Assembly (NCBI GenBank): GCA_016839745.1
Contig: JAEOTS010000002.1
Coordinates: 1 to 10,476, forward strand
Direction: 5' to 3'
Origin: Promethearchaeota archaeon
GTDB lineage: Archaea; Asgardarchaeota; Lokiarchaeia; Sigyniarchaeales; SOKP01
DNA length: 10,476 nucleotides
The notes beneath the pieces are model-generated. The model was not told the origin of the DNA. It searched no databases and saw only the letters and a program-made list of their open reading frames with translations. Both the position numbers and the translations under genes were made by a program. Numbering within the stretch: position 1 is the stretch's first letter; the number at the start of each line of letters is the position of its first letter. Positions 6,979 through 10,476 of this stretch are shown here, piece after piece.

Positions 6979-7377
6979 ATGGAATTTCCAATGTCAGTAG
7001 CTAAAAAAATCTTGATCGTTGACGACGAAGAAGATATAACGATTTTGACCGAGAAATTTCTGCAACTCGAGAATTACGACACATTAACCTGTAGTAATGG
7101 ATATGATGCATTAAGCATTATCGAAGAAAAACACGAAGACATAGCACTCGTTTTGCTTGATATTATGCTTCCCGGAATGAATGGTTATGAAATTTTGACA
7201 GAAATTAAGTCAAAATACCCTAAAATTCTTGTAGTTCTTTTTACTGTAAAAAATTTTTTTGAAGACATCCAGAGAGGAAAAGAACTCGGTGCTGACGGTT
7301 ATTTAGTCAAAGCTATTTCTGGAAATGAAATTATAACTTATATTAAAGACATTCTTAAAAAGAAAATAAATAACTAG
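6979..7377 (+). CDS. Stand-alone response regulator receiver (CheY-like) protein; the real start may be the ATG at 6991
   Basis: ILIVDDE, LLDIMLPGMNG, FT and GADGYLVKA motifs. Paralog of 6408-6788. Confidence 0.92.
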   Translation: MEFPMSVAKKILIVDDEEDITILTEKFLQLENYDTLTCSNGYDALSIIEEKHEDIALVLLDIMLPGMNGYEILTEIKSKYPKILVVLFTVKNFFEDIQRGKELGADGYLVKAISGNEIITYIKDILKKKINN

Positions 7378-7445
7378 CTAGTTTTAAGCCCTTGTTATAA
7401 AATACAATTGTAATATATCAATTAGATTTGAAGGTTTTTACTTCA

Positions 7446-8027
7446 CTAATCTTTCATGTATTTCTTTCCTATTTCCCAAGCTTTTGCGACTCGTTCCCCT
7501 ACTTTCCAATATTGCTTCATAGAATATGTAAAAGTGTTTATCTTGGTTATGTCTGGTGCTCCTTCCGTTAGATATTCGTCTTCAGCGTAAGCATTTACTA
7601 CTTCTCCAATAAAAAGTTCGTGACCTTTTTCAGCACCTGTAAAATCTTTGTTTACTAAAGTTTTGATTACTTTACATTCTAGATTTAGTGGCGCTTTACT
7701 TATCATTGGAGCTGTTTTAAGATCTCCATAGAAAACTTCAAACACTTCTGACTTATCTACTTCTTTTCCAGAAACTATTCCGCAGTAATCAGTACCCTCT
7801 ATTATTTCTTCAGAAGGCGTATTTACGCTGAATGTACCATTTTCATTTATACCAATGTTTGTGAAATGAGTCTCCCAAGAAGCTATCAATATTAAAGGAG
7901 GTTTATCTTCAATGCTACTAATATACGCTAGGGGTTCAAAATTTGGGTTTCCATTAACATTTGCCCCTATAAGGACAACTGGTCTAGGAAATAAGTAAGA
8001 ACTTGATTTTACTTTTTTTTTTGTCAT
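7446..8027 (-). CDS. Flavin reductase-like / flavoredoxin family FMN-binding protein
   Basis: FPRPVVLIGA, NPNF, GTFSVN, DYCGIVSG..VDK, APLNLECKV and HELFIGEVV motifs. The ATG at 8027 is preferred over the ORF-track TTG at 8039. Confidence 0.88.
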   Translation of the reverse strand: MTKKKVKSSSYLFPRPVVLIGANVNGNPNFEPLAYISSIEDKPPLILIASWETHFTNIGINENGTFSVNTPSEEIIEGTDYCGIVSGKEVDKSEVFEVFYGDLKTAPMISKAPLNLECKVIKTLVNKDFTGAEKGHELFIGEVVNAYAEDEYLTEGAPDITKINTFTYSMKQYWKVGERVAKAWEIGKKYMKD

Positions 8028-8129
8028 AATAATATCCAAGATTGTTTTAGTATGTGTATGTATAATATAGTTTGATATTATAAATAGAATTTAGGTTTAA
8101 GAACTCTTTAAGATAGAGAAACACTAATG

Positions 8130-9164
8130 TTATTCAGTATCAATAAACTCCTCAGTGGATTCATTGATTTTATTATCAATTTCTTTCTTATTAATATCCA
8201 TGGTCTCTATCGCAACTTGATACTTACTTAAGACAATTGTAGCGATTACACTAAAAACAACAGCGATGGTAAAGAGATAGATATTAGAAAAAGTCTGTCT
8301 AAAGACAAAGAGACCGGCAGTAATCGGAAGAAGCAAGGCAATCGAATCTAAAATAGGATACATAATAAGAATTTTCCCTTTTTGAAATCCACCTTGATAA
8401 TATGGTAGACTGGAAAGATTGAAAACTGCCATCATCCAAAATCCTAAAAATACCCACAGATGGGCGTAGGTTCCCCCAAGAAAGAACCAAAATATACCAA
8501 AAGGTAACTCGAATAAAGTATACCACTGAAAACCCTCACCTGTTTGAATCAAAGCTTGAGCTAAAACATTCGTAGCAGATCCTCCAAGTGCGAATAAAAT
8601 AGCGCCTCCAAACATTATAAAAAGACCTTCAGAACTTTTACCTCTTTTTTTTTTTGCCAATGTTAATGAGATAAAACAAATTGTTAGTGTGATTGCTAAA
8701 AATATAATAAATGATGGAACAAACTCATATAAATCAAGATCAACATCAGATATGCCGGCAAGTCCAATGAGAATAGGAGATACAGTCAACATTCCGATAG
8801 CTATATATTCAATAATACCTACTCTTTCTTTTAAGATTTTCATTGCTGCAGGGACGAAAAAAATAAATCCCGTTGCCATTACAGGTTCAGTCACCAGAAC
8901 CCCTACCATTCCAATCGATATAATATACGGAAACCATCCAACAACTCCTAAGATAGCACCAATTAACCAAGATTTAACTTTGAACAACTTTAAAAAAGTT
9001 TTTATAAGACTTATAAATCCTTCTTCAGTTTTGATCTCAATACCTTTTGCTTTTGCTTCTTTCAATCCTTTCTTTTGATATACAATACCTATATTAAAGC
9101 AAAAAGTGGTGATTAACGCTAAAATAATTCCAATAATTGCAATAACTAAATCAACTTCTGACAT
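8130..9164 (-). CDS. DMT-superfamily transporter, NIPA/Mg2+-transporter-like
   Basis: About 9 TM segments, with GIVYQKKG after TM1, WLIG, and V..P......F....A..ILKER patterns characteristic of DMT/NIPA proteins. Confidence 0.7.
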   Translation of the reverse strand: MSEVDLVIAIIGIILALITTFCFNIGIVYQKKGLKEAKAKGIEIKTEEGFISLIKTFLKLFKVKSWLIGAILGVVGWFPYIISIGMVGVLVTEPVMATGFIFFVPAAMKILKERVGIIEYIAIGMLTVSPILIGLAGISDVDLDLYEFVPSFIIFLAITLTICFISLTLAKKKRGKSSEGLFIMFGGAILFALGGSATNVLAQALIQTGEGFQWYTLFELPFGIFWFFLGGTYAHLWVFLGFWMMAVFNLSSLPYYQGGFQKGKILIMYPILDSIALLLPITAGLFVFRQTFSNIYLFTIAVVFSVIATIVLSKYQVAIETMDINKKEIDNKINESTEEFIDTE

Positions 9165-9249
9165 AGATATAAGTTAAAAATGTTTATGTCTTATAATTTT
9201 CACTTCTTGGTTTTGTAAGGCGCTAACCTTAAAAAATTAGGTTAAAATT

Positions 9250-10434
9250 CTAGAAAAAGAACAACAGAGATAGAAAGAATACTATAACAACTATGCATAG
9301 ACTTTTTCTAATCATATGGGCTACATGGACGCGAGGTTTTCTTCCGCTTTTATCGAGTAATTTTGGAAACAAAGTAGGATCGTGCGGCTCTCGTTGGTAC
9401 CAATACGCTGTTGAAGACCAATCGTCTCTCCGATGATTATCGTGCCCGTGCTCTATTGTGACAATTATTCTCTTATTAAAGTAGATTGGATCTTCAATGT
9501 GATATCTGTAATAGGAAATTTTACCCCACCAATTTATCCCACCGGGTTTAATTGTGCCATGATAAGGAGCATGATGTTTTTGACGTTGAGCCCATGACTG
9601 GTTTACATAATCTTCTGTACCCGTTCCATGTAGAGTTGGAACTCCTTTTTCGATATCCTCGTCAATATATATCATATCGTCCCCTTCACCTGGCCAATTA
9701 ATGTACCATGGAAAGAAAGTTATATTATCTATATCTAAATGGCACCCAACAAAATGACCTTTACCTTTTGCCTCGAGAATTTTGTAATTTTGAGCCATCG
9801 TATCCTCAATATTGCGCCCCTTGTAACTGAATTTTATTGGTTTAATCTTTAAGATTTTTTTACCAGTTTCATCGTCTTTCTTTTTTGGGGTTGTAGGATT
9901 TTCGCGATGCCATAATGCGTGAAACCTCCCATAATCCTTTTCATTTTCAAATCCTTCTTCATAGGTTTCATAATCAATATAGAAAAAAAGCCTCATTTGC
10001 TTTGAGTTGTCGTTTGCAATAGTTATATTAAATCCACTTGAAAAAGGCATTGGCCACCAACTATTAAATGCTCTACCGCGTTGAGGACTCATCTGGAACG
10101 GTAAAGACACAAAATTTTTATGTTTGGCGTGACCTAAACCAAAAAAATCTCCAATTGGAACCTCAACACTAGGATTAAGCTCTTTCTCGTCATCCCAATA
10201 CATCCTAACTATGACATTTCTCAAATAATAGCGTTCCTTGCATAAGATTGTGCACCATATATGAGTTATACATCCCGCACCTTTTACATCTCCAATGACT
10301 ACCTTTTCTCCTGGTTTTATATCTATCCAGTCGTGATTTCCTCCAGTAACATCGTAACTTGAGACTCTTCTTCTTTTAACAGAATCTGGTTGAATTTTTG
10401 CAATGTCATGCAAACTCGATTTACCTAGTTTCAT
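9250..10434 (-). CDS. DUF2961 / glycoside hydrolase family 172 protein with a C-terminal hydrophobic tail
   Basis: SSYDVTGGNHD, GAGCITHIW, RMYWD, PSVEVPIGDFFG, NSWWPMPF, WPGEGD, GTGTEDY, YRYHIEDPIYF, IEHGH and SSTAYWYQ.EPH motifs. Confidence 0.92.
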   Translation of the reverse strand: MKLGKSSLHDIAKIQPDSVKRRRVSSYDVTGGNHDWIDIKPGEKVVIGDVKGAGCITHIWCTILCKERYYLRNVIVRMYWDDEKELNPSVEVPIGDFFGLGHAKHKNFVSLPFQMSPQRGRAFNSWWPMPFSSGFNITIANDNSKQMRLFFYIDYETYEEGFENEKDYGRFHALWHRENPTTPKKKDDETGKKILKIKPIKFSYKGRNIEDTMAQNYKILEAKGKGHFVGCHLDIDNITFFPWYINWPGEGDDMIYIDEDIEKGVPTLHGTGTEDYVNQSWAQRQKHHAPYHGTIKPGGINWWGKISYYRYHIEDPIYFNKRIIVTIEHGHDNHRRDDWSSTAYWYQREPHDPTLFPKLLDKSGRKPRVHVAHMIRKSLCIVVIVFFLSLLFFF

Positions 10435-10476
10435 AGGTTAAATAAACACATTCTAGTATTTTAACTTTTAAAATCT

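Noticed and set aside
7403-7412. 10-bp palindrome TACAATTGTA between convergent genes
   Set aside because: It is short, AT-rich and not in a promoter position, so it is expected by chance.
8299-9078. ORFs 8299-8526 (-) and 8689-9078 (+)
   Set aside because: Both are nested in the DMT transporter gene (alternative frame or antisense) and have no independent support.
9224-9244. TAACCT...AGGTTA dyad around an A/T tract after the GH172 stop
   Set aside because: The stem is only 6 bp. It is possibly a terminator but too weak to call.
1-10476. Mobile elements, CRISPR arrays, defence systems and prophage
   Set aside because: No transposase, integrase or cas motifs, no regularly spaced repeats, and no evident compositional break were seen.

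Overview
AT-rich archaeal chromosomal DNA. An archaeal-type uS10, an archaeal-type IMPase/FBPase, T-tract terminators, TATA-like boxes close to start codons and the overall gene repertoire suggest an Asgard archaeon (Lokiarchaeia-like); this lineage call is an inference. The window holds 12 complete CDSs and the 3' end of a membrane-protein gene. Ten CDSs are on the minus strand: IMPase/FBPase, a two-domain hypothetical protein, an LCM/TcmP-type methyltransferase, rpsJ, a DUF1624/HGSNAT-type acyltransferase, a Cys-rich radical SAM enzyme, a class I methyltransferase, a flavoredoxin, a DMT/NIPA-like transporter and a GH172 (DUF2961) glycosidase. Two tandem stand-alone receiver-domain genes are on the plus strand. 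The main points of interest are (1) a methyltransferase that aligns by eye along its whole length with eukaryotic Bud23/WBSCR22 (SSU rRNA m7G) and is translationally coupled to the radical SAM gene, (2) a hypothetical protein whose N-terminal domain resembles the Whirly/PC4 ssDNA-binding fold, (3) a GH172 with a C-terminal tail anchor, and (4) rpsJ separated from the usual EF-1alpha cluster. No mobile element, CRISPR array or RNA gene was recognised. All homology calls come from visual motif comparison with remembered sequences, not from database searches.
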